Shown: positions 7,548-14,762 of the stretch, one piece after another
Position numbering within the stretch: the stretch's first letter is position 1
How the letters are laid out: the number at the start of each line of letters is the position of its first letter
Source: a virus
Lineage: Duplodnaviria > Caudoviricetes
DNA: 29,459 nt
Direction: 5' to 3' (one strand)
IMG/VR virus record: IMGVR_UViG_3300043173_000402
Location: 1 to 29,459 of that record
The notes under the pieces: generated by a model
Told to the model about the DNA's origin: nothing
Database searches by the model: none
What the model saw: only the letters and a program-made list of their open reading frames with translations
Translations under genes and position numbers: made by a program

Positions 7548-7576
7548 TTCTCATAAGAGATAGCGTCGGCTAGAGT
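7548..7576 (+). promoter_or_regulatory. Candidate sigma70 promoter for yqaJ-recT
   Basis: TTCTCA-N17-TAGAGT with AAGAGATAGCG in the spacer; same -35 hexamer as the promoter at 10481. Confidence 0.55.
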
Positions 7577-7592
7577 AGAAGACGAAGGGGGA

Positions 7593-8474
7593 ATGCGAAT
7601 GGGATCGGCGTACAGGATCTTGGACAGCGGGCGTGATCGCGACGCGTGGTTGGCGGCGCGCCAGAATTCACTTGGGGCCTCAGAGGCAGCAGCGGTGTGT
7701 GGCTTCAGTCGCTTCAGCTCGCCGCTGAGCGTCTACACGAACAAGCTACTCGGTGCAGAGCCATTCGACAACGACGTGATGCGCTTCGGTCGAATCTATG
7801 AACGCCAGATCGCGAGCGACTATATGGAGTCGACCGGGCGACGTGTGAAGCTCGACGGTCGTCTGATCTATCGCACGAAGCGTCCCTGGCAGTCGTGCAC
7901 ACTCGACGCCGTACAGTGGGACGAAGAGCGCGGGCGCGGGCTCGCGGAGTTCAAGACGAGCCTGTTCGGCTGGGACGCAGACGGGATCCCGGAAGACTAC
8001 TACTGCCAGATTCAACACCAGTTCGCGACGACGGGGATGTCGTGGGGCACGGCCATCATGTTCAACCGAACGTCGTGCGAGATGGTCTGGAAGGACGTCT
8101 TCCCCGACGAGGAGTATATCACGCGACTCGTCGATGAGGAGTATGCGTTCTGGACCGAGTACGTGCTGGCTGGTGTGCCGCCGCCGGCTGACGGACACGA
8201 CGCGACGACGAAGGCGCTGCGTCGTCTCTACCCCGTACACGAGGACGGGAAGGTCATCGCGTTCCCCGTCTCTCTACTCGACGTGCGCGACACACGAGCG
8301 CTCGCGGTCGAGACGCTGGCGAAGGCTACAGCGACGAAGGCTGAGACGGACAACGTGTTCAAGCTCGCGCTGGAGGACGCGGAGCGCGGGGAATTCCCGG
8401 ACGGCTCTGGCTTCAAGTACAAGGCCAACAAGAACGGCGTGCGCTCACTGCGCGTCGTCGAACCGAGGGGATAG
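7593..8474 (+). CDS. yqaJ: YqaJ-like viral recombinase exonuclease (lambda Exo family)
   Basis: WLAARQNSLGASEAAAVCG, SCTLDA, LAEFKT, YYCQIQHQF motifs; adjacent to recT. Confidence 0.92.
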   Translation: MRMGSAYRILDSGRDRDAWLAARQNSLGASEAAAVCGFSRFSSPLSVYTNKLLGAEPFDNDVMRFGRIYERQIASDYMESTGRRVKLDGRLIYRTKRPWQSCTLDAVQWDEERGRGLAEFKTSLFGWDADGIPEDYYCQIQHQFATTGMSWGTAIMFNRTSCEMVWKDVFPDEEYITRLVDEEYAFWTEYVLAGVPPPADGHDATTKALRRLYPVHEDGKVIAFPVSLLDVRDTRALAVETLAKATATKAETDNVFKLALEDAERGEFPDGSGFKYKANKNGVRSLRVVEPRG

Positions 8475-8480
8475 GGGATC

Positions 8481-9329
8481 ATGGCAGCACGACGAAACGT
8501 ACCGGCGACGCAAGGCAACGCACAGACACGCCAGCTCCAGGAGCGACGTGTGCAGATCGACAACGTGCGATCGCTACTGGACTCGTACAAGGATCAGATG
8601 GCGGTCGCGCTACCGCGCCACCTGACCCCGGATCGAATGCTCCGGCTCACGATGACGTGCATCGCGAACGAGCCGAAGCTTCTGACCTGTACCAAGAAGT
8701 CGCTGGTGGGGTGTGTGATGCAGCTCGCGCAGCTCGGGCTCGAACCAGGGATCCTCGGGCACGCGTACCTCCTGCCGTACAAGAACAAGGGCGTGGACGA
8801 AGCGCAGATCATCGTTGGCTACAAGGGGCTGCTGAAGCTGGCTCGCAACTCCGGCGAGATTTCAACCGTCAGCGCGCGTGTCGTCTACCTGGAGGATGTG
8901 TTCGAGTACAGCTTCGGGCTCGTCGATAAGCTGCACCACGTCCCGACGGAGCTGACGCAGACCGCTGACGATCTCACACACGCCTACGCGGTCGTCCACC
9001 TGAAGGACGGGGGAGTCCAGTGGGACGTCATGAACAAGCGCGAGGTGCTCGAGGTCAAGTCATCGAGTCGCGCTGGCGATCGCGGGCCGTGGAAGACACA
9101 CCCTGCGGAGATGTGGAAGAAGTCCGTGCTGCGTCGCATCTGCAAGCTGCTCCCGGCGAGCGTGGAGCTGCAGACCGCGATCACGCTCGATGAGAACGTG
9201 GACGCTGGGATCCCGCAGACGTTCGACGTGATCGACCTCGAAGCGCTCGGCAAGCAAGACGACGCCGAGAACAACGACCAGAGCGACGCCGGGCAGTCCG
9301 GTGCCGCGACGGATGGCGCACCTGAATAG
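8481..9329 (+). CDS. recT: RecT single-strand annealing protein
   Basis: ALPRHLTPDRMLR, QLGLEPG.LGHAYLLPY, IVGYKGLLKLARNSG, GPWKTHPAEMWKKSVLRR..KLLPASVE; acidic tail. Confidence 0.95.
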   Translation: MAARRNVPATQGNAQTRQLQERRVQIDNVRSLLDSYKDQMAVALPRHLTPDRMLRLTMTCIANEPKLLTCTKKSLVGCVMQLAQLGLEPGILGHAYLLPYKNKGVDEAQIIVGYKGLLKLARNSGEISTVSARVVYLEDVFEYSFGLVDKLHHVPTELTQTADDLTHAYAVVHLKDGGVQWDVMNKREVLEVKSSSRAGDRGPWKTHPAEMWKKSVLRRICKLLPASVELQTAITLDENVDAGIPQTFDVIDLEALGKQDDAENNDQSDAGQSGAATDGAPE

Positions 9330-9350
9330 CGCCGAAGGAGAACGACAGGC

Positions 9351-9713
9351 ATGAGCAACGACATGAACGCCTTGACCGAGAAGGTCGGGGAAGTCTCACG
9401 CGCCACGACCACAGCGCTCTCGAACGCGGGGGTCACGATGGACGCATCGAACCAGGTGCTCCAGCGTCAGCGTCACGTGACGCAGATGGCCGAGATGCTT
9501 CGCACCCGACAGCGGGAAGGCGCGACCACGGTGGACATCCACGAGATGGCCCACGAGCTGGAAGTGCTCTCAACCAGGTGCCCGGGCGCCACGACGTTCG
9601 AGCACTACCTCAACGAGCAGCTGCGTCTCAACGGCATCGTGGCGAGTGAGACCGCCGAGCTGTACGAGATGGTCGAGAAGATGAGGGACCTGGCTGGAGC
9701 CACAGTCGGCTGA
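9351..9713 (+). CDS. Hypothetical protein
   Basis: AAGGAG RBS; fills the gap after recT; helical composition. Confidence 0.7.
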   Translation: MSNDMNALTEKVGEVSRATTTALSNAGVTMDASNQVLQRQRHVTQMAEMLRTRQREGATTVDIHEMAHELEVLSTRCPGATTFEHYLNEQLRLNGIVASETAELYEMVEKMRDLAGATVG

Positions 9714-9721
9714 TCCAACCC

Positions 9722-9767
9722 GCGAGTGGGGGGCGTGTGGAACTGAGGCCGCACGCTCCCTGCTCGC
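9722..9767 (+). other. 19-bp RNA hairpin (4 G-U pairs, 8-nt loop AACTGAGG), no U-tract
   Basis: GCGAGTGGGGGGCGTGTGG pairs fully with CCGCACGCTCCCTGCTCGC only if G-U is allowed, which implies the plus-strand RNA. Confidence 0.75.
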
Positions 9768-9795
9768 ATCACCCTGCCACCGAAGGAGAAGAACG

Positions 9796-10101
9796 ATGGC
9801 GAAGAAGAAGAGCAAGCTCGGTAAGAGGTACGACGAGAAGATCAAGATGGCTGCCGTGGCCAGAATCGACAGCGGCAAGAGCACAGTCGCACAGGAGACG
9901 AAGCGTGCAGGCTGCTCACAGCAGAGCGTTGTGGGCTGGGTCGCGAAGTACGGCACAGGCAAGAAGCCCAAGCAGAAGCCGGCCGGCGCGCTCCCGACCA
10001 AGGACAGCGCGTCGATCGCGCGCGCACCGAAGACGAAGCCGCTCGTGGCGACGTCGTTCAAGTGCCCCCACTGTGGCGGCGGAATCGAGGCTGCGGCATG
10101 A
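9796..10101 (+). CDS. HTH_Tnp_1-like (IS3 OrfA / IS66 TnpA-type) HTH protein with C-terminal CPHC knuckle
   Basis: KRYDEKIKMAAVARIDSGKSTVAQETKRAGCSQQSVVGWVAKY; ends FKCPHCGG; AAGGAG RBS. Confidence 0.7.
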   Translation: MAKKKSKLGKRYDEKIKMAAVARIDSGKSTVAQETKRAGCSQQSVVGWVAKYGTGKKPKQKPAGALPTKDSASIARAPKTKPLVATSFKCPHCGGGIEAAA

Positions 10102-10409
10102 GCGAAGTCGGCGTGCTTCGGATTACCAAGATCATCGAGAAGTGGGACATGCGCGGCGTGCACAAGCTTCGCAAGCTCGGGAAGACCAAGAAGCTGCGAC
10201 GTGGCCAGTGCCTGATCGCGTTCAACAAGGCGCAGACGATCGGGCGCATCATCGACAACGTCGGTGGCGTCCACACGTACTACACGACAGGCAGTAAGGT
10301 GTTCGACATCGACGAGCTGAGCAACTTGGTGGACGAGAGCTTCTGGGTGTCCCTGAAGATCGGGAAGACCACGAAGAAGCAAGCGTCACATCTGAAGCGC
10401 GCCGCGTAG
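10098..10409 (+). CDS. Basic 103-aa protein with remote resemblance to IS66 TnpB (Orf2) accessory protein
   Basis: ATGA-coupled to the HTH gene; WDMRGVHKL...RGQCLIAFNKAQTIGRII recalls the DMRKG.DGL...G.LF.F.NR....IKIL pattern. Remote, unverified. Confidence 0.45.
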   Translation: MSEVGVLRITKIIEKWDMRGVHKLRKLGKTKKLRRGQCLIAFNKAQTIGRIIDNVGGVHTYYTTGSKVFDIDELSNLVDESFWVSLKIGKTTKKQASHLKRAA

Positions 10410-10410
10410 G

Positions 10411-10477
10411 TAGAGCGGGGTCGATCTCGTGGACGGCGATGTCCACAACACTATGGGGTGTGATCGACCTCGCTTTG
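10411..10477 (+). ncRNA. Predicted three-way-junction RNA structure with a GNRA tetraloop
   Basis: P1 10411-10426/10462-10477 (16 bp including G-U), P2 GTGGACG-GCGA-TGTCCAC, P3 ACACT-ATGG-GGTGT. Confidence 0.55.
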
Positions 10478-10480
10478 GCC

Positions 10481-10509
10481 TTCTCATTTGAGGTAGGACC
10501 GACTATACT
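10481..10509 (+). promoter_or_regulatory. Candidate sigma70 promoter for the DUF2303 pair
   Basis: TTCTCA-N17-TATACT followed by an AAGGAGG RBS. Confidence 0.6.
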
Positions 10510-10532
10510 GTGGACACAAGGAGGGTGTGAAA

Positions 10533-10916
10533 ATGGTAGGGAACGGAACGGAATTCGAGCCGGTCACGCTCGGCAACGTCGGCGAGGGTGAGCTGGAGCG
10601 ACAGTTCAGCGAGTGTGTGAACAGCGTCGTCGAAGCGTTCGACGAGTTGCAGGAGTACGAGCCGACGTCTCACCAGATCAAGTGCAAGGTGCAGATGACG
10701 GTGGAGTTCACGAAGAACCTCGAAACGGGCGCGGTGCTCGTCGGGGTGCGCGCGAGCTATACGCCACCGAAGCGACGCCTCGCACTTCGCGCAGCGTTCA
10801 TCAAGGATGGTGTGGTCCTGGTCGAAGACGCCGAACAGCTCGGCTTGCTCGACGACCCGGAGAGTAACGTCAGGCCGATCAGCTCTGCTGGCACGGCCAT
10901 CGAGGAGGGGGAATGA
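10533..10916 (+). CDS. Hypothetical protein, YfdP-like partner of DUF2303
   Basis: TLGNVGEGEL..QF...V...KVQMTVEF pattern and ATGA coupling to the DUF2303 gene; ATG 10533 chosen for RBS spacing. Confidence 0.55.
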   Translation: MVGNGTEFEPVTLGNVGEGELERQFSECVNSVVEAFDELQEYEPTSHQIKCKVQMTVEFTKNLETGAVLVGVRASYTPPKRRLALRAAFIKDGVVLVEDAEQLGLLDDPESNVRPISSAGTAIEEGE

Positions 10917-11767
10917 GCGAGAAGGTCGAAGGAGCAACGAACGTCCAGGCACAGCAGGGGTCCAGCGTGTTCGTCGCAGTCCCGGAGGCGACGCCGAGCG
11001 TAGACATCGTCCCGCGACTCGACGGGCTCGGGGGCTTCGTCGTCCTGAAGGATGGCTACAGCCTGACGAAGATCGAGGCGAAGCAGGAAGGGAAGCCGGA
11101 GCACGTGTTCGACGACGTGACGTCGTTCGCTGAGTACCTGAACAGGCACCACATCGAGACGGATTCGGAAGTCACGGTAGACGTGCTCGTGCAGAACGAT
11201 CGGGTCATCGCGTTCATCGACCCGGAGCAATGCGACCCCCAGGTCGTAGCGTGTGTCTTCGTCGAGCACCCTGCATGGGAAGCGTGGTCGAACGTGTTCG
11301 ACGAAGTGCTGACGCAGCGCCAGATCCAGCAGTTCGTTCGAGCGTGGCGCTCGACGATCGAAGGGAGCGAACAGCTGATGGCTGTGTTCTCTGCGATCCA
11401 GGTTACGGGCGCGACGTCGATGACGTCGCACATGGACGAGACGGGCGCGGTCAGACTCGCGTCCGCCGAGGGCTCGACGGACATGGCCGTGAAGGTCCCG
11501 AGCACGATCGTCGCCACCGTGCCCTGCTACGACGGCGTCATGCGTGACGGCGTCGAGGCCACGTACCAGCTCGAGATTCTGGTCACAGTCCAGACGGAGC
11601 CGCTGACGTTCTCGTTGGAGTGCCCAACGCTTGCGCTGGCGAAGCGAGCAGCACGGCGCGACCTCGCGGGCCAGCTTCGTGAGCTACTCGATCCCGGGGT
11701 CCTCGTCGGGCTCGGGATGGGAGAGCACGGCACACGCGCCGTGGAGAACGACGAACCCGCCACGTGA
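10913..11767 (+). CDS. DUF2303 (YfdQ)-family protein
   Basis: FDDVTSFAEYLNRH, VIAFID, HPAWEAW...LTQ..IQQFV, VPSTIVATVPCYDG motifs. Confidence 0.7.
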   Translation: MSEKVEGATNVQAQQGSSVFVAVPEATPSVDIVPRLDGLGGFVVLKDGYSLTKIEAKQEGKPEHVFDDVTSFAEYLNRHHIETDSEVTVDVLVQNDRVIAFIDPEQCDPQVVACVFVEHPAWEAWSNVFDEVLTQRQIQQFVRAWRSTIEGSEQLMAVFSAIQVTGATSMTSHMDETGAVRLASAEGSTDMAVKVPSTIVATVPCYDGVMRDGVEATYQLEILVTVQTEPLTFSLECPTLALAKRAARRDLAGQLRELLDPGVLVGLGMGEHGTRAVENDEPAT

Positions 11768-11915
11768 GACGCACGTCGAGCCTCGGGCGCGCATTACTTC
11801 TCGTCGGTCAGTGAGCCGGCCGCGTCCCGAGGCTCTACGTGGCGCTCTCTCGCGGCGCGCGCTTCCGGGGGTACGAGACGAGCGCCCTCCCCCCGATCGC
11901 GCCATACGGGCGATT

Positions 11916-12272
11916 CTACGCCGTCAGATCGTAGACGTGATCGAGCTTCGCCGCGTAGGCGCGCCCCTCGCGCGTGAGAACGTATCCCGTATGGCGCGGC
12001 GACTGCTGGACGACCATCCCGGTCTGGCGCAGGCGCGCCATCAGACGCGTGACCGTCTCACGCGTCATGGCCGTGGCGTCGCCGATCGTCCTGTGTGTCC
12101 AGTCTGGCTCGCGCTCGTGTTGAGAGACCCACCGGATGAGACGGAAGCTACACCGGCCCTGCATCATGGCTTGGACCCCAGCCTCGAAGGCCGCGTCCAT
12201 CGCGTCGCACACGAGTCGCTCTATGTCGAGCGTCCATCGCCCGGCGATCATCACAGACTCCCGGATCTGCAT
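11916..12272 (-). CDS. Stand-alone winged-HTH protein with a CRP/FNR-type recognition helix
   Basis: WTHRTIGDATAMTRETVTRLMARLRQTGMV...GYVLTREG; start uncertain (ATG 12272 with GAGGA RBS, or TTG 12305). Confidence 0.7.
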   Translation of the reverse strand: MQIRESVMIAGRWTLDIERLVCDAMDAAFEAGVQAMMQGRCSFRLIRWVSQHEREPDWTHRTIGDATAMTRETVTRLMARLRQTGMVVQQSPRHTGYVLTREGRAYAAKLDHVYDLTA

Positions 12273-12301
12273 CACCCGGTGGTCCTCGGCTGTGACGGCC
12301 T

Positions 12302-12583
12302 TCAAGGATCTCGCAGATCGTCGATGTACGCGCCATAGGCGTCGCACGCCCACATGAAGTCAGCGCCATCGTCGCGTGTCGGGACGCAGCCCTCCTGGCC
12401 GTCGGCACACTCGGCGACCAGGGAGCGTGCGGTCGCCTCAGCTTCTACCGTCTCGGTCATGATCGGTGGCTGTCTTAGAATCCTGAAGTTCGGCGGCGCG
12501 GGCCTGCCGCCGCAGCCGGCGACGAGCAGCGCGGCGAGCGCGAGCAGACACGGTGAGGTCGATGTCCAGGTGACGTTCGGCAT
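12302..12583 (-). CDS. o-spanin (Rz1-like lipoprotein)
   Basis: Lipobox LLALAALLVAG-C, Pro-rich segment, C-terminal cysteines; overlaps the i-spanin in another frame. Confidence 0.7.
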   Translation of the reverse strand: MPNVTWTSTSPCLLALAALLVAGCGGRPAPPNFRILRQPPIMTETVEAEATARSLVAECADGQEGCVPTRDDGADFMWACDAYGAYIDDLRDP

Positions 12584-12725
12584 TGGTGGTCGCCTCCAGG
12601 TTCGCGTCGAGGGCGTCGCCGCGGTGCTGAGCCACGGCCCCGGTCTTCGACTCGCTGACCAGCCACCTGATGAGTACGCCGATCAGGATGGCGCCGATGA
12701 CGAGCGCCGCGATGACTTCCGCCAT
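12438..12725 (-). CDS. i-spanin (Rz-like)
   Basis: Starts MAEVIAALVIGAILIGVLIRWLV (one TM) at a TAATG overlap with the holin, followed by a helical periplasmic part. Confidence 0.7.
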   Translation of the reverse strand: MAEVIAALVIGAILIGVLIRWLVSESKTGAVAQHRGDALDANLEATTNAERHLDIDLTVSARARRAARRRLRRQARAAELQDSKTATDHDRDGRS

Positions 12726-12940
12726 TACGAGGCCGGGGGGTCGTCCTTCGCGAGGGCTGCACCCAGCGAGTCGGCGACCTTCTGGATCTTGCCGGCGAAG
12801 CCTGCGCCGAAGACGGCTGTGGCGATCGTCAGGCCCATGCCTGTCATCTCTGGCGTCAGGAAGCCGAGGGCGCTCAGGACTGCGATCAAGACGCCAAGAC
12901 CAGCGCCGATGTAGGACTTGTAGCCATCGAGAAAGCTCAT
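12725..12940 (-). CDS. Holin (two TM segments)
   Basis: MSFLDGYKSYIGAGLGVLIAVLSALGFL...GLTIATAVFGAGFAG plus charged tail; GGAGGAG RBS; directly upstream of the spanins. Confidence 0.75.
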   Translation of the reverse strand: MSFLDGYKSYIGAGLGVLIAVLSALGFLTPEMTGMGLTIATAVFGAGFAGKIQKVADSLGAALAKDDPPAS

Positions 12941-13215
12941 GGTGTCTCCTCCGGTTGGGCACACACTCGGCCCTGTTCGATCTTCAGCTGACGCTCGAGG
13001 TCAGCGATCACCGTGGAAAGGTGGAGCACAACGATCGGCGAGACAAGCTGCATCTGCGTCTCCGCGACCCCGGAGGCGTTGCCCACAGCTTCGCCTCGGA
13101 ATTCTCCTGTGATAAATGACGCTCCGGCAGCGAGCGCGACGGCGCAGCCCTTGAACACGAGCGGCCAGATGGAAGCCTTGACGGCCTTCTCCAGATCGTC
13201 CGCGTCCAGGCTCAC
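12937..13215 (-). CDS. Small membrane protein in the lysis cassette
   Basis: GTGA-coupled start; hydrophobic IWPLVFKGCAVALAAGASFI. Confidence 0.55.
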   Translation of the reverse strand: MSLDADDLEKAVKASIWPLVFKGCAVALAAGASFITGEFRGEAVGNASGVAETQMQLVSPIVVLHLSTVIADLERQLKIEQGRVCAQPEETP

Positions 13216-13748
13216 GGCTCGTACCACACCACCTGGATCGACGCTGGCTGCGTTGTGCCGGCGCGGTTCGTCAGACGCACCATGTAGTCGTTGGCGTCCA
13301 GGATCCACTCCGCGAACGACGATGTGGAGCCGCCGATAGCGTTACCGCCTGTGCCGCCAGGGATGAACCCGGTCCCGAGCTCCGTCCCATCGCCTGTGGG
13401 AGTCGGGCCAGAGAAGACGAGTGTAGTGGCGACTGTCGCAGACGCGCGATTGTGGTTCGGGGTAGCGAGCGCGGAGCCGTCTGCGGAGGTCGTCGTGCCC
13501 TCAAAGAATTCGATCTCCGCGTTACCGCCACACCCTGCCTGGAGAGCCATGTGTGCGAACGAGGCGACGCGGATCAGGATCATGCTCACCGCATCGTCGG
13601 CGAGTTCGAGGACGAAGCTACTCGCACTGAACAACTGGCCGTCGTGGATCCGCTTGTGGACAGAGTCGATCGTGACGAGCCCGCCCGCGATCGAATCCAC
13701 CTCGGCCGATACGCCACCACTGATGATCTGGACGCTACGTGCTGACAT
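13212..13748 (-). CDS. Hypothetical beta-rich phage protein (possibly virion-associated)
   Basis: GAGGT RBS before MSARSVQII; G/T/S-rich with an HKRIHDG motif. Confidence 0.6.
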   Translation of the reverse strand: MSARSVQIISGGVSAEVDSIAGGLVTIDSVHKRIHDGQLFSASSFVLELADDAVSMILIRVASFAHMALQAGCGGNAEIEFFEGTTTSADGSALATPNHNRASATVATTLVFSGPTPTGDGTELGTGFIPGGTGGNAIGGSTSSFAEWILDANDYMVRLTNRAGTTQPASIQVVWYEP

Positions 13749-13758
13749 GGTGTCTACC

Positions 13759-14136
13759 TCAAGGGTCAAGCTCGACGTGGATGTGGAGGTTCCCGCCATC
13801 GCCGTGCACGATGACGTCGTAGTCTCGCCCAAGCTTTGCCCGGAGTCGATTCGACCACTCCGTGCCCATCGTCTTGCGCTGATCGAACGACAGCCCTGTG
13901 ACGATGTTCAGCGACAGGTCGAACGCACGGCCCTCCTCGTGGAGGTCGCGCGAGTCGCGAATGTGTCGCCAGCCCTCGCTGACCACCATGACGTCGGCTT
14001 CGCGTGGCGCTGTGAGTGCGGCCTCGTAGATGACCTTGGCCATCTCGGGTCGAAAGTGGCCGGCGTGCAGGTGGCAGCCACGGCCCACACGGCTGTCGCG
14101 ATCGTCCTTGAAGACGATCCTCGGGCCCTTCATCAC
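13759..14136 (-). CDS. Endolysin, peptidase M15 / Hedgehog-DD-peptidase zinc fold
   Basis: VVSEGWR...SRDLHEEGRAFDL (H-x6-D) ... HIHVE; located in the lysis region. Confidence 0.85.
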   Translation of the reverse strand: MMKGPRIVFKDDRDSRVGRGCHLHAGHFRPEMAKVIYEAALTAPREADVMVVSEGWRHIRDSRDLHEEGRAFDLSLNIVTGLSFDQRKTMGTEWSNRLRAKLGRDYDVIVHGDGGNLHIHVELDP

Positions 14137-14756
14137 CTACCCCACGTGACGCCGAAGCGAATCTGGCCCGTGTAGGGGCGATCCTGTGTGCCGATCCAGT
14201 AGCCCCCGAGCGTCCAGTCCAGGTTCGACGTCATCGGCCCCGTGACGCCCCCTCCCAGCTCGCCTGTGAGCGCCGTGTCACCGTCGTACAGGAGCCCGAT
14301 CCCGCCGGACACGAATGGCGCCACGTCTCTCTCGAGGAGCACCCAGCGACCCGCAGCCAGGATTCGGACATCCCAGTCGTCGTTGCTCTCGCGCACCTGT
14401 GTGCACTTCGGGTACTTGCTGCCCTTCCGGGACTTGCTGCTCGACTTTCGCTTGCTGCTCGACTTCTCCGTGTAGCTGTCGACACACGTAGACGAGCTGG
14501 CGCCAGGCGACACGCCCGAGATGCTGAGACCCACCCTGACGCGCTCGGTCACGCGCCCGTAGACGTCGATCCCAAGCGTGCCGCCTGTGCCTCCCCCCAT
14601 CGCGAAGCCCGCCCAGGGCGTCCACCAGATCGACGGCGTGTGTGTGATCTCGTCGTCACCGGAGACCGTCAGGGGCGGGATGTACTGGTCCGGCGGCTCA
14701 GAAGCGTAGCTCGAGGTGGCGAGTGCAAGAACGATCGCAAGTGTGCGTAGTATCAT
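14133..14756 (-). CDS. Secreted outer-membrane beta-barrel protein (Lom/Ail/OmpW-like size)
   Basis: Signal peptide MILRTLAIVLALATSSYA; about 8 alternating amphipathic strands (TLGIDVYG, VRVGLSIS, VRILAAGRW, PFVSGGIGL, GELGGGVT, WTLGGYW, QIRFGVTW). Confidence 0.7.
   Translation of the reverse strand: MILRTLAIVLALATSSYASEPPDQYIPPLTVSGDDEITHTPSIWWTPWAGFAMGGGTGGTLGIDVYGRVTERVRVGLSISGVSPGASSSTCVDSYTEKSSSKRKSSSKSRKGSKYPKCTQVRESNDDWDVRILAAGRWVLLERDVAPFVSGGIGLLYDGDTALTGELGGGVTGPMTSNLDWTLGGYWIGTQDRPYTGQIRFGVTWGR
14414..14467. repeat. Three imperfect 18-bp tandem repeats encoding the Lys/Ser-rich loop KSSSKRKSSSKSRKGSKY
   Basis: cttgctgc core at 14415, 14433 and 14451. Confidence 0.75.
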
Positions 14757-14762
14757 TTCATT

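Noticed and set aside
9714-10480. Active IS66/IS3 insertion sequence
   Set aside because: No DDE transposase, terminal inverted repeats or target duplication; the flanking hairpins are unrelated to each other.
11631-12338. 235-aa Arg-rich plus-strand ORF and 73-aa minus ORF 11684-11905
   Set aside because: They overlap better-supported genes and have shadow-frame composition; no convincing terminator was seen in the 11768-11915 convergence gap either.
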